DNA of 64,000 nt from Octopus sinensis (GCF_006345805.1 NC_043000.1:152334001-152398000); one strand, 5' to 3'; counted from the first letter of the stretch, positions 1 to 12,802 are shown. Numbers and translations are program-made. Notes: generated by a model from the letters alone, not told the origin.

Positions 1-500
1 TCTGTTTCTGGCACTTATTAGCCATGCTGCTTGATTGTTTGTGGTGCATCTTCTCATCCCACCCCACCACCTATACTAGAATTTTTTCTCTTGGTACCTT
101 TCTTATACTGGAAACTTGTATGGAATACTCTCTTCCATTCCTTCCCCCTTTAACATCAGCCACTAGCAATGATGGTACCAGAGTATAAATAAAGTGTAGC
201 TAGCTTGCTCACAGCTGAAGTATGGTAAGTGTATTTGCCAGTTATTTATCAGCACTATTTTATCTTTTTATATACAGCGGTTTATACCACACTCTCTTCC
301 CATGGTAGACACAGCAAGAGTGAAGCAAATAAGTGACAGTAAATTAAATGCAAGTTGAAATTCATATGAAACTTAAGTGAACTATGGAAGCTAATAGGTC
401 TTCTATTATTTAACAAGTTGTATCACAAACAAATTGTTAAATAACCCATGTGAGCTTCGAAACCCTTGTCACCAGACATTGTAATGTAGTTTGCTACATA

Positions 501-905
501 GACGCAGGAGTGGCTGTGTGGTAAGTAGCATGCTAACCAACCACATGGTTCTGGGTTCAGTCCCACTGCGTGGCACCTTGGGCAAGTGTCTTCTACTATA
601 GCCTCGGGTCGACCAAAGCCTTGTGAGTGGATTTGGTAGACGGAAACTGAAAGAAGCCTGTCGTATATATGTATATGTATATATGTGCGCGTGTGTTTGT
701 GTGTCTGTGTTTGTCCCCCTAGCATTGCTTGACAACCGATGCTGGTGTGTTTACGTCCCCGTCACTTAGCGGTTCGGCAAAAGAGACCGATAAAATAAGT
801 ACTGGGCTTACAAGGAATAAGTCCTGGGGTCGAGTTGCTCGATTAGAGGGGGTGCTCCAGCATGGCTGCAGTCAAATGACTGAAACAAGTAAAAGAGTAA
901 AAGAG
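501..905 (+). mobile_element. SINE family A (tRNA-derived, about 400 bp)
   Basis: A-box TGGCTGTGTGG, B-box GGTTCAGTCCC, ACCTTGGGCAAGT core-like motif, internal (TA/TG)n, (AAAAGAGT)n tail. Confidence 0.9.
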
Positions 906-907
906 TA

Positions 908-949
<42 letters not shown>

Positions 950-1165
950 TGTGTGAAATTTGATTTAGTATTTCTAAATTGAATTTTTTTTCCCTGTAAG
1001 TTTGGATTTATATTCCCTCAAATAATTATCATATTTATATATATATTACTTTTATGCACAGCCACACATTAAAATATATAGACATGCTTATCTATGCTAA
1101 ACAGTATAAATTAACTCATTTAAAGACAACATCTACTAAAAAAACATCTATATTTATAATTTCAG

Positions 1166-1315
1166 GAAATGATGCAACAGGTGATCTTTTAGGAAAATTT
1201 TGTTTAAATAACACAAGTGAAGTGATTGTATCTTCAAGTCATTCCTTATTTCTACAATATGTCACTCAGAATTTGAACTCCCATGACAGACTATCTTTCA
1301 ACTATACAATAAAAG
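1166..1315 (+). CDS. CUBN: exon w1, C-terminal half of a CUB domain (NDATGDLLGKFC...FNYTIK)
   Basis: ttcag acceptor, gtattt donor, phase 1/1. Confidence 0.9.
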
Positions 1316-1821
1316 GTATTTTTTTTTATTGATTACAAAGATTTTCTGTATTAACACTTCTTTGCATTTTCAGTTTTAATTTTTTTTCTAATCACAAAAT
1401 TGGCAAATACTCACCTATCAACTGGTTCCACTTTTTGCCTATCCTGTTTTATCACTACAATGGCCTCTATTTTTCTTAGTAGCTAACGAGATACCAACAT
1501 TCATCTCCTCTCACCACGCACCTCTGATCATGCACTAACCATTAAAATGAATCTGTCTTCTTATGCCATCAGCCCTCTCGTAATACAATCATGTCTTTCC
1601 TGCAAATGCCATTGTAAATGTTCACAATCGACTTTAGCCATGTCAGTCATATTAGCCTTAGAGAGCCTCAGGATTCAAAACAAAGTCGGACAATAATAAA
1701 AACACTCTAAGATACTTTAGTGATTTGCTGTTTCAGCCATCTCACTTTTTATCAATCACAGAGTGTCATAGCACAATTGATTCTTGGCATGATAGATCTA
1801 GATGTGATATAGTTTCATTAA

Positions 1822-2204
1822 GGAGGCGCAATGGCCCAGTGGTTAGGGCAGCGGACTCACGGTCATAGGATCGTGGTTTCGATTCCCAGACCAGGCGTTG
1901 TGAGTGTTTATTGAGCGAAAACACATAAAGCTCCACGAGGCTCCGGCAGGGGATGGTGGTGATCCCTGCTGTACTCTTTCACCACAACTTTCTCTCACTC
2001 TTACTTCCTGTTTCTGTTGTATCTGTATTTCAAAGGGCCGGCCTTGTCACTCTCTGTGTCATGCTGAAAATCCCCGAGAACTACGTTAAGGGTACACGTG
2101 TCTGTGGAGTGCTCAGCCACTTACACGTTAATTTCACGAGCAGGCTGTTCCGTTGATTCGAATCAACCGGAACCCTCTTCGTCGTAACCGACGGAGTGCT
2201 TCCA
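1822..2204 (+). mobile_element. SINE family B (tRNA-derived, about 380 bp)
   Basis: A-box TGGCCCAGTGG, B-box GGTTTCGATTCC; TSD agtttcatt. Confidence 0.9.
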
Positions 2205-2715
2205 AAGTTTCATTTTATACTGGAAGAGATACTATTGGTGTAATCTTCCTAGTGAAGCAACTGCAGGAGAATTACTTGGTTAAGAGTACACCTTTATTCC
2301 TGGTCTTTGTTGTTCTGGAGAAGGCATTTGACAGGGTAACAAATACTGTAACATAGTTGTCTCAGAGGAAACTAGGCATTGATGAATGGCTTGTGGGAGC
2401 TGTACAAGCCTTGTACTAAGCCACAATAAGTAAAGTCAGTCAACAACTTCAGTGAAAAATTTAGCATGAAGATTAGAGTCTATGAAGGCTCTGTACTCAG
2501 TCCCCTCTTATTGATCATAGTCCTACTGAGGAGGTTAAGACTGGCTGTCCATGGGAACTCCAATATGGTGATGATCTAGTTCTCATAGCTGAATCTATAG
2601 AGGAATTAGAGAGGAAATTTCAGGCATGGAAGCTAAACCTAGAATTAAAAAGTCTTACGGTAAACTTGTTGCAGATGTGAAGTAAAAAGTTTCTAATTAG
2701 TAATGTAATAAAGCT
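2205..2715 (+). mobile_element. decayed RTE-clade LINE reverse transcriptase fragment
   Basis: ...IFLVKQLQE...FVVLEKAFDRV...GSVLSPLL with stops and frameshifts. Confidence 0.75.
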
Positions 2716-2797
2716 GATTCAATCAGTTATTCCCTAAAATTTTTCTGTGTGGTAATAAATAATGTAAGAAATCAGTGTTATCATAAATGGCCTCAAT

Positions 2798-2990
2798 TAT
2801 GAGGGTAGGCTGAACAGTTCATAGGTTGACTATGAAGGAGTGATGCTAGAGCTGTGAAATCTTGGATGCATTAATTTCTGCTCATCTTCAGGTAAACTGA
2901 CATTTGACTGTTCAAAGAAGACTTCAAAAGAAACTTGTAATCATTGCCTCGTTCACATCTATTGTCTGAGAAATTAATATTAATTTGTTT
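2798..2990 (+). mobile_element. mariner-like 5' end fragment
   Basis: TA-TGAGGGTAGGCTGAACAGTTC resembles a mariner TIR; no partner TIR seen. Confidence 0.45.
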
Positions 2991-3107
2991 CAAAAGTTTG
3001 ACTCATATTAATATCCACTGATAGAAACAAATTATTCAAATATTCAAAATCATTTAATCCCTTCTAGAACAGAAAATTAAATGTTAAAAGTTTAATAGTA
3101 AATATAT

Positions 3108-3548
3108 CATCATCATCATCATCATCATCGTTTAGTGTCTGCTTTCCATGTTGGCATGGGTTGGACGGTTCAACTGGGGTCTGGGAAGCCAGAAGGCTGC
3201 ATCAGGCCCAGTCTGATCTGGCAGTGTTTCTACGGCTGGATGCCCTTCCTAACGCCAACCACTCTGTGAGTGTAGTGGGTGCTTTTTACGTGCCACCTGC
3301 ACTGGTGCCAGACGGAGCTGGCAAACGGCCACGAACGGATGGTGCTTTTTATGTGCCACCGGCACGGGGGCCAGGCGATGGTGCTTTTTAGGTGTCACTG
3401 GCACGGAGGCCAGTCGGGGCGACGCTGGCAACGGCCACGATTGGGTGGTTCGCTTACTTATCACCGGCACTGGTATCACAACCGCAATTTCCATTGATGT
3501 TGATCGACTTCGATTTTGGTTCTGCTTTCTGATATCTGATATCTGATA
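3108..3548 (-). mobile_element. RTE LINE 3' end (family C), 5'-truncated
   Basis: (GAT)n tail, family-C 3'UTR; 16-bp TSD ttaatagtaaatatat at 3092-3107 and 3549-3564. Confidence 0.88.
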
Positions 3549-3629
3549 TTAATAGTAAATATATATAAATATGAATTTGTATTCCTATAAAATATGTATT
3601 ATGAAACTATGATTTTTTTTGTATTTCAG

Positions 3630-3751
3630 AATGTGGTGGCATATTAACTAATGGATTAGGTATGATTTCAAGTCCTAATTATCCTAACTCCTATCCAGCA
3701 AATATTAACTGCATGTGGAAAATAGTTGGAGATGAAGGGCTGAAAATTAAT
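3630..3751 (+). CDS. CUBN: exon w2, CUB N-half (ECGGILTNGLGMISSPNYPNSYPANINCMWKI...)
   Basis: tttcag acceptor, gtaagt donor, phase 1/0; missed by the ORF track. Confidence 0.93.
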
Positions 3752-4029
3752 GTAAGTAAACTATCAAACAAATCATGAATATAGCTTTTAATATGATATT
3801 GCTAAGAGTTGGAGGCAGGAAATACTTTGATATATTTTGATTTGAGAATTATAAACAAAATATGAAAGCACAGTGGTTAAGCTTTATCTTTCTTAACAGG
3901 AAATCTGTTACAGTTAGATGATATTCATCTTACTGCTGTTGCTTAATAAGCAACATATTGTGGTAAATGCATCATACAAAAGCAAATTAGGATCTGAATC
4001 AAAAGGTAAGACTAACAAAAATATATCAA

Positions 4030-4673
4030 TGGGACGAGGTGGTGAAGCATGACCTTCGAACTTTAGGCCTCACTGAGGAAATGACCAGCGACCAAGACCT
4101 TTGGAAATATGCTGTGCGTGAGAAGACCAGGCAGGACAAGTGAGTCCAGCCCAATAATGAATGCCTTTCCTCCCTTGGACACACAAAGACCTGTTGAGGC
4201 AAGCGAAGTCGAAATCGAACCTCATCTGACGACAGGCACCCATGCCAACCCCACTTCTCTGCTTGCGAAGACCTGTTGGGGCAAGTGAAATTGAAATCGG
4301 AATCGAAATTGAACCAATCCTATGACTGGCACCCGGCAGATGCCAGGACCCCTGGACTGGTGGTACGTAAAAAGCACCATCCAAATCGTGGCCGATGCCA
4401 GTGCCGCCTCGACTGGCTTCCATGCTGGTGGGACGTAAAATGCACCAATCCAACCGTGGCCGTTGCCAGCCTCGCCTGGCACCTGTGCAGGTGGCACGTA
4501 AAAAGCACCCACTACACTCACGGAGTGGTTGGCGTTAGGAAGGGCATCCAGCTTTAGAAACACTGCCAGATAAGACCGGAGCCTGGTGCAGCCTTCTGGA
4601 TTCCCAGATCCCCGGTCGAATCGTCCAACTCATGCTAGCATGGAGAACGGACGTTAAACAATGATGATGATGA
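4030..4673 (+). mobile_element. RTE LINE 3' end (family C) with ORF terminus
   Basis: WDEVVKHDLRTLGLTEEMTSDQDLWKYAVREKT is an RTE C-terminus, followed by the family-C UTR and (GAT)n. Confidence 0.88.
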
Positions 4674-4956
4674 TTTTTATATTTGTCAGGAACTTTGTAA
4701 TAGTAGAATTAGTTGCTGACATGATGATAAAAACAGCAAGTATATTTGATAATAATGTGATTTTAAAACTTAGTAATGAAGTAAGTTGTAAAATAGAAAT
4801 TTCATCATTTTGCAGTTTGGGATTTGTAATAATTCATTTAGTGATGTCTTTGAAAATCACAGTGAAAAGATAGAATTAAACTGTTGTAACTTTCTGTTGT
4901 ATAGTGGAACTGTACACCCCTCTGGGTAAAAAGTAGTATTACCCAGCCACTACAAA

Positions 4957-5338
4957 TGGAAGCACTCCATCGGTTATGACGATGAGGGTTCCGGTTGATC
5001 CGAATCAACGGAACAGCCTGCTCGTGAAATTAACGTGTAAGTGGCTGAGCACTCCACAGACACGTGTACCCTTAACATAGTTCTCGGGGTTATTCAGCGT
5101 GACACAGAGTGACAAGGCCGGCCCCTTGAAATACAGGTACAACAGAAACAGGAAGTAAGAGTGAGAGAAAGTTGTGGTGAAAGAGTACAGCAGGGATCAC
5201 CACCATCCCCTGCCAGAGCCTCGTGGAGCTTTTAGGTGTTTTCGCTCAATAAACACTCACAACGTCCGGTCTGGGAATCGAAACCGCGATCCTATGACCG
5301 CGAGTCCGCTGCCCTAACCACTGGGCCATTGCGCCTCC
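4957..5338 (-). mobile_element. SINE family B
   Basis: reverse copy; TSD agccactacaaa / agccattacaaa. Confidence 0.9.
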
Positions 5339-5340
5339 AA

Positions 5341-7770
5341 AGCCATTACAAATAGACCAGTAGCTGGTCGACATGGGAAAGTTAATAAACAAAACTAATG
5401 TCAGAGGTGTGAGAGCATAGGAGCAACCTAGTTTCAATGTGGCTGGACTACAAGAAAACCCTTGACTCTGTCTCTTACTTATGGATGCTAGAAGCCCTTC
5501 GACTTGCTAAAGTTCCAGTGAGCATAGTCAAAGCCATAGGTGACCTGACTTTATCGTGGGCCACAATCTTGAAATTAAACACAAAAAGTGATTGTATTAT
5601 CACTGGTGGAATACAGTATTGCAAAGGCATATTCCAAGGGACCAGCCTCTCTGTGATGTTGTTTATACTTTCTGTAAACTCCTTGACATTCATGTTAAGG
5701 AAGTCTGAAGGATATCTCACTGGTTCACAAGGAAACAGAAATACCAAAATTACATAGTGTCTTTGTGGATGACTTGAAACTATATGCCAAGAATATGCAT
5801 GAGAGGAAAAAGAGCCTTAAACTGGTTACAATATTCGCAACAGATATAGGATTGGAGATTGGTCAGGATAAATCTTGCTATATGGTTGTGGTGAGGGGAA
5901 AACTGTAAACCAGACTAACAACATCTCTGTCAATGACTTAACTGTTTTCCCTATATCTGATGAGGAATTGTGGAAGCACTCCGTCGGTTACGACAATGAG
6001 GGTCCCGGTTGATCCAAATCAATGGAACAGCCTGCTCGTGAAATTAACGTGTAAGTGGCTGAGCACTCCACAGACACGTGTACCCTTAACGTAGTTCTCG
6101 GGGATATTCAGCGTGACACAGAAAGGCCGGCCCTTTGAAATACAGGTACAGCAGAAACAGGAAGAAAGAGTGAGAGAAAGTTGTGGTGAAAGAGTACAGC
6201 AGGGATCACCACCATCCCCTGCCGGAGCCTCATGGAGCTTTAGGTGTTTTCGCTCAATAAACACTCACAACGCCCGGTCTGGGAATCGAAACCGCTATCC
6301 TATGACTGTGAGTCCGCTGCCCTAACCACTGGGCCATTGCGCCTCCATTTGATGAGGAATGTTACAGGTGTCTAGGGGTGGATGGAAGCATATCTTATAA
6401 TGACACCTGTAACAAAATATGTGTTACTAAAGAATATTACAGTTGAATAAAGAAAATATGGACCTCGGAACTCTCTGCATTCAATAAACTTGTGGCCCAC
6501 AATGTGCTTGCAGTGCCATTACTCATACCAACATTTGGGATGTTTGATTGAAAGCTTGATGAGATCCAAGCTATTGATGTGAAAATCTGGAAGATACTAA
6601 CCAGCACACATAATTTCTACATTGACAGTTGACATAGACCACCTCTACCTAAAACAAAAACAAGGGAGCAAAAGCTTAACATGGATCCAGACTGTCTTTG
6701 AATGTCATATCATATCCCTTCAAAAATATTTTTTAACCATCAAGTGTCAAAGTGCATCACTTGATCAAGTTTGCATATATGAAGTTGATAGCATCACACG
6801 ACTTGGAAGGTAGCTCCCTTGAGCAGTATTCCTTGTCTGATGACCTTAAATACATGCCTAAAGAAGTCGCATGACTCTACCGCAATGTATCACCAGATGA
6901 AATGATGAGCATATATCAACAAAGACCATACATGTATATTTTAGTGGAAAGCTCAGGGATGATTGTAACATTGATCATCAAAGCAGACTATCATGACAAC
7001 AATCAGATTACTAACTTCCACTTTGAAGGGTATGCATTTGCAATCCAAGAACAAAAAATAACAACCAGCAACCAAATACCTGATGCACAAAAGGAACAGA
7101 AATGCAGGAAAAGCAGTAAAATTTGATAACTGATGCAGGCTTTGTGGGGTTAACACCAAAGATATCACCCACATCATAACCACTTGTCCAAAAATGTTAT
7201 CGTGGTTTCATTTACTGATGAGATATGATGTTGTAGTTAGGACCCTGTATAATGAGATCCATGAGGATAACCTTGAGGACCAAGAAATAAGAACCCACAA
7301 TATGGTAGAAGCCACTCATAATAAAAAGGAGTACCAGTGGAAACCTCAAAATGTAAACATAATAGACTTGGCATAGTGATTTGTAATGGGTAAGAGAAAC
7401 TGTACAGTTGTGGAAATCAGCTGCCCAACTGATGTTAGCATAAAGCTAAAGATCAGCAGAAAAGAAAATATCTACACTGAAATATTGAGGAATCTACAGC
7501 TACTCTATTCAGATTACAGCTTCAGGTTTATACCTGTAATTATTGGGGAATAGGAATATGTAAAACACTGCCTAAATACGAACTTAGAGAAATTAGGCTT
7601 CTCAAAACCAGAAAGGAGAAAGCTGATTCAAAGACTACAAATCGATGCCATCTCTGGAACTGTAAAAACCTGTAAAACATTCCAGAAGCTTATCAGTAAG
7701 TATATATGAGCATGTCTAGATATGCAAGTATATGCATGAGAATACACGCATAAAACGAAACATATAAATC
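5341..7770 (+). mobile_element. decayed R4/Dong-like non-LTR retrotransposon (RT plus restriction-like endonuclease)
   Basis: WLDYKK, GIFQG.SLS, FVDDLKLY, CCHC-like segment, VVEISCP and PVIIG motifs; many stops; (CATA)n at the 3' end. Confidence 0.75.
5971..6346 (-). mobile_element. SINE family B inserted in the R4-like LINE
   Basis: TSD atctgatgaggaat / atttgatgaggaat. Confidence 0.9.
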
Positions 7771-7839
7771 TGTGCATATACATACATGCATGCACACACT
7801 CACACACGTAAACATACGTACATACATACATACATACAC

Positions 7840-8090
7840 TATCATTGTTCGACCGTGGTCGAGACAATGGAATTTACTATGTTACGTCAGACTTCATGGT
7901 CCATCATAGCATTACGGAGGTTCTGTTACTGGATGCTTGGATCCCTGGAGAGGAGAAGAGTAGAAATTACCTCGCTTTCAGCTCTACAACAATGTCCAGC
8001 AAACTGGACTCTTCTACCTTTCACAAGAGATGATGCAGGTGGTAGTTTCCCATATATTTGTACTTTGGTTGGATGACGTTTCCACGAGAT
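7840..8090 (-). mobile_element. RTE-like LINE 3' end (family D)
   Basis: WKRHPTK...RRVQFAGHCCRA C-terminus; same family at 29615 and 55127. Confidence 0.8.
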
Positions 8091-8184
8091 ATACATACAT
8101 ACATACATACATACATACATCATACATGCATACATGCATACATGCATACATACATACATACATACACACATACATGATGATGAT

Positions 8185-8594
8185 CTGATGGCCGTCCACT
8201 CGTGACCGAGGAAGACCATTGCCGACCTTCAGGAACATTGTGCGCTCTAGGACTAACTTATATTTTGCATTTGCGGCTCCATTGGTGGCTAATGAGCCCT
8301 GCTCTTGACAAGCATACACGACTGCAAACATTGCAGACCAAGCTTTCCCCATTCACTATATGAGCCGTGCGCTTTCGCGCAGCTCGCTTAAGTTCTTCAT
8401 GCTGGATACGTGCTCTCTCAAAAGTGTCGATCCCCTCCTTAACCTGCTTCCTCCATCTGTGGCGATGACAGGCATTGTTCTCCCAGTCAATGTCCTGCAT
8501 ATCAAAGGCCTTTAATGAGGACTTGACACAGTCCTTAAATCACAGCCTTGGTTTCTGCCGGAGTCTCCTTCCATTCACAAGTTCTCCATAGAGC
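8185..8594 (-). mobile_element. RTE (BovB-like) LINE 3' end with C-terminal zinc finger
   Basis: LYGEL..G.R..QKPRL.FKD...W..A..R..WR...CNVCSRVCLSRAGLISH. Confidence 0.75.
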
Positions 8595-8907
8595 ATACAT
8601 ACATACATACATACATACATACATAACCTTGTTGATGTTGTTGAAATTCCAATGAAGGAGCTTTCCTGTCTATTGGCAAGAAATCTTAAAATAGAACTGA
8701 ATAATGACGTACATACAGAGGAAAAAAGAGAATGGGGACTTGTGAACCAAAGGGGAAGCCATATTACAGCCGAACACATTTCACAAGAATTATAATAATG
8801 ATTCAATTTGAATCATTGTTATTGGTTGAAGAAGCAGTATCTGGATGGTAAATCCCCTTCTTCAGGAATATTCAAGAAATTTTGAATTTCTGGATTTTTC
8901 AAATATT

Positions 8908-9322
8908 ACTCTTTTACTCTTTTACTTGTCTCAGTCATTTGACTGCGGCCATGCTGGAGCACCACCTCTAGTCGAGCAAATCGACCCCGGGACTTATTCT
9001 TTTTGTAAGCCCAGTACTTATTCTATCGGTCCCTTTTTGCCGAACCGCTAAGTGACGGGGACGTAAACACACCAGCATCGGTTGTCAAACGATGGTGGGG
9101 GGACAAACACAGACACACAAACATATACACACACATACATATATATATATACATATATACGACAGGCTTCTTTCAGTTTCCATCTACCAAATCCACTCAC
9201 AAGGCATTGGTCGGCCTGAGGCTATAGTAGAAGACACTTGCCCAAGGTGCCACGCAGTGGGACTGAACCCGGAACCATGTGGTTGGTAATAAGCTACTTA
9301 CCACACAGCCACTCCTGCGCCT
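8908..9322 (-). mobile_element. SINE family A
   Basis: full-length reverse copy ending 83 nt before exon w3. Confidence 0.9.
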
Positions 9323-9405
9323 ATTTAGTTATGTTTCTTTTTAAGTATTACATTAACTGCATAATTTGTCTTTAATTCTAATTATTCATTTTGTTATTAC
9401 ACCAG

Positions 9406-9631
9406 CTAACTATGATGCATGTTGATATTGAAAATAGTGTAAACTGCACCAAAGATTATATTGATATTCTAAATGGTGAGCATCACACTTCTCCTTCACT
9501 TGGTAAAATCTGTGGCGCGGTGACAACAAAAACTCTTCGAACTGGAAGCAATACAGCTATCATTCTCTTTAAATCTGATGGCATTACCAGTGGAGTGGGC
9601 TTTCAAATACGCTATCAAATAGAAAACGATG
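9406..9631 (+). CDS. CUBN: exon w3, CUB C-half (LTMMHVDIENSVNCTKDYIDI...GFQIRYQIEND)
   Basis: accag acceptor, gtaagc donor, phase 0/1. Confidence 0.93.
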
Positions 9632-9789
9632 GTAAGCTTAACTTTGAATGAAATATTTGTAATTTCTAAAATTTAATGTACATTTTAAGTTTGGTAGTCA
9701 GATAAAGCAAAAAGACAAACTGTAATTATTTTTTATTGGATTATGTTGCTGCTTTTTATTCATTAAATTTACTAGAATAAGAACTGATT

Positions 9790-10660
9790 GGAAAAAGTTC
9801 TGGGAGCTATTACCATTGTTGACAACAAAGATCTTTTCCCTAAGAGTGAAAGGCAGATTGTATGATGTTAGAAGTGCTATGCTGTATGGTGGTGAGATAT
9901 GGGCTTTGAATGCATAAGACTTTAAAAAACTGGAAAGAGGTGAAATGAGTATGCTCCATTGGATTTGCTATGTGAGTGTGTCTGAGAAAATTAGTGGGAA
10001 GCACTCCGTCGGTTACGACGACGAGGGTTCCGGTTGATCCGAATCAACGGAACAGCCTGCTCGTGAAATTAACATGTAAGTGGCTGAGCACTCCACAGAC
10101 ACGTGCACCCTTAACGTAGTTCTCGGGTATATTCAGCGTGACACAGAGAGTGACAAGGCCGGCCCTTTGAAATACAGGTACAACAGAAACAGGAAGTAAG
10201 AGTGAGAGAAAGTTGTGGTGAAAGAGTACAGCAGGGATCACCACCATCCCCTGCCGGAGCATCGTGGAGCTTTTAGGTGTTTTCGCTCAATAAACACTCA
10301 CAACGCCCGGTCTGGGAATCGAAACTGCGATCCTATGACCGCGAGTCCGCTGCCCTAACCACTGGGCCATTGCGCCTCCACCGAGAAAATTAGTATGAAA
10401 GTGTTGAATGAAAAATTTGGTATAAGAGGAATCAGAGGAATCAAATGTGTTCAAGAAAGAATATGGTACTAGTATGGTCATGGGTTGCATATGGATGAGG
10501 ACAGTTGTATGAAGAAGATCTGATTGTTTAATGTGGGTGCAACCTGCAGAAGAGGAAGACCCAGGAAGATATAGAGTGAAGTGGGGAAAGCTGATTTCAG
10601 GAACCTGAGCCTGAGAGACAAGATGAAAAAGAACTAGGATCTCAAAAAGATGTGCCCTCC
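9790..10660 (+). mobile_element. decayed RTE LINE C-terminal fragment, split by a SINE-B
   Basis: RLYDVRSAMLYGGEIWAL...RGRPRK-like remnants on both sides of the SINE. Confidence 0.6.
9997..10379 (-). mobile_element. SINE family B
   Basis: 12-bp TSD gagaaaattagt at 9984-9995 and 10383-10394. Confidence 0.9.
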
Positions 10661-10865
10661 TCAGTAAAACTGAGTTGTGGATGTTCTGTGTTTTGGGTTC
10701 AGCTGCATGCACTTCTTGTTGCCAACCCTTATTCTGTTCCATTGGTCTTTGAATTAGCAGAATGACTGGTTACAGTGTTAAGCAGGAATGGAAACATTAC
10801 TGTTTTGCTTAGTGATAGACAAAAATAGATGTAGAATGTTAAGAAACACACACAAACATTTATAT

Positions 10866-10868
10866 CTA

Positions 10869-10934
<66 letters not shown>

Positions 10935-11166
10935 CGTCCGTCCGTCCGTCCGTTGGTCCATCCGTCCGTCTGTCCGTCCGTCCGTCTATCTGACTACACA
11001 CACGCACACATACACACACACACACGCACATATGCGCACACACGCACATATACGCACGCACATACACACGCACATACACACGCACGCACACGCACATACA
11101 CACACGCACACACACACACACGCACATACACACACACACACGCACATACACACACACACACACGCA

Positions 11167-11208
<42 letters not shown>

Positions 11209-11235
11209 CACACACGAGCATACATATACACATGC
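10866..11235. repeat. compound microsatellite (TCTG)n/(TCCG)n followed by (CA/CG/TA)n
   Basis: read directly. Confidence 0.95.
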
Positions 11236-11977
11236 ACAATAAACTTCAATACAGTTTCTATCTTACAATTCCATTTTTAAGGCCATTGATTGACCCAGTG
11301 CTGTAGTAAAAGACAGTCTCTCAAGATACCTCATGGTGAGACAAGTGTCTTCTATATTTCTCTGTTGGCCAATGCCTTATAAATACAACTGATTGGTTGA
11401 AACTGTAAGGAAACTTGTTAAGAGTGCATGTGTATTAATCTTAACATTTTCATTAACAAAAAGATTTATAAGCCTTTCTCAGCTAGACTAAAATCTATTC
11501 CTACTTTGGCCAAAGTGTTCTCTACCAAATACTTCTAAAATCAAATGGTCTCTCTATGAAGCCCTGATAGTTCTCTTACCATACTCAGCTCATTTTGTAC
11601 TTGCACTTTCTACAGCAAGGTCATAAGATAAACTTTACTCTGATCCAATGTAGTCTTACTTGGAAACTTCACAGTCTATGGTTTTTCCTAGCTCTCTCTC
11701 TCTCTCTCACACACACACAATACTGCTGTTTTATCTGATAATATATTCTCATTTGGCTAAAGTGTTAGATTATTGATGATGTGGCTATGAATCCAAATTC
11801 TACAAATTCCATTGTTTTGAGCTTTTGTACAAATACTAAGTAAAACACAACTATTTTTCTTAATTTGTATGAGTGACAGGAATGACACCCAGATATAAAG
11901 ATGCCTCACAACAGAAATGTTCAAATTTGATGAGGTGGGGGAAGCCAACCCACATATGTTCCCTATAAAAAAAATGG

Positions 11978-12383
11978 GGATCTTTTCGGTTTGAATGGCA
12001 GTTTTTAACATAATTTCTAGGTAACCAAAAAATTGTAAACTTCGTATACTGGTAGAATGTGTTTATAAAACATCTTTTTCACTTGGCTTTACTGAGAAAA
12101 TTCTATAGTTTGTAAGATATTTGTTGTTTTTTTTCTTCAATTTCAACCAATCACTGGCGTCAATTGAGGTAAAAAACATTCTGTGCCATATGAATATGTC
12201 CCTCATTTAAGAAACAGATTGGGTTTATTTATATTTGTGAAGAAAAAAGACACCCTTCCCCCACCCCTAACCCTAACCCTAAACCAGATTGAAATGCAAT
12301 AGATCGATACTAGGGTCATAATTATGGGTGACAATTTCATATGACACCGCTAGAAAAAACTGCCTTTCAAACCGAAAAGATCC
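11978..12383. mobile_element. MITE with 28-bp TIRs and 8-bp TSD (Merlin- or MULE-like termini)
   Basis: TIR ggatcttttcggtttgaatggcagtttt, 1 mismatch; TSD aaaaatgg at 11970-11977 and 12384-12391. Confidence 0.85.
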
Positions 12384-12521
12384 AAAAATGGTTATAAAAC
12401 AATCAGCAATAAAATTCAAATTATGATGGTAGCAGAAAAGAATAGTTGTTTAAATTTATGTTCACAAGTATTTTTGTTTGATATTTTCAATTTTTCTATT
12501 TTTCTAATTTGACTTTGAAAG

Positions 12522-12706
12522 GTTGTGGTGGAGTTTACAGTAAACATAATGGAGAAATAATGAGTCCGAAATACCCCAATAGCTATCCTCCTAACAGAGA
12601 ATGTACATGGGAGTTGCGGGTACCAAATGGTTATAGACTAAACCTGAGTTTTGTTCCACCATTTGATTTGGAACATTCAGAGGGATGTGTAAACGACTAT
12701 GTGAAG
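12522..12706 (+). CDS. CUBN: exon w4, CUB N-half (CGGVYSKHNGEIMSPKYP...CVNDYVK)
   Basis: aag acceptor after a T-rich tract, gtaata donor, phase 1/0. Confidence 0.93.
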
Positions 12707-12802
12707 GTAATAGATATTTTCATCTTCTGTTTGTCATTAAATGTTACTGAGTTATAAAGAGACTGAATAGTTTATCAAAATATCAAATTTGTAAACAGCA
12801 AA

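Noticed and set aside
1-420. Possible additional exon or LTR fragment at the window start
   Set aside because: No CUB-like frame with splice sites and no motif I could assign.
423-956. Recurring ORFs such as MLGGQTQTHKH..., MTTDAGVFTSP..., MFIERKH..., MLFTCH...
   Set aside because: They recur wherever SINE-A, SINE-B or family C occurs and vary by frameshift; repeat-derived, not genes.
1822-1900. tRNA-like sequences with A and B boxes
   Set aside because: They are heads of SINE families A, B and E, continuing into SINE bodies with TSDs; no complete cloverleaf.
5437-5757. 106-aa RT ORF as a functional retroelement
   Set aside because: The catalytic region is interrupted by a stop and a SINE insertion.
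12265-12285. (CCCTAA)n as an interstitial telomere or fusion site
   Set aside because: Only about 3 units, and internal to a MITE.
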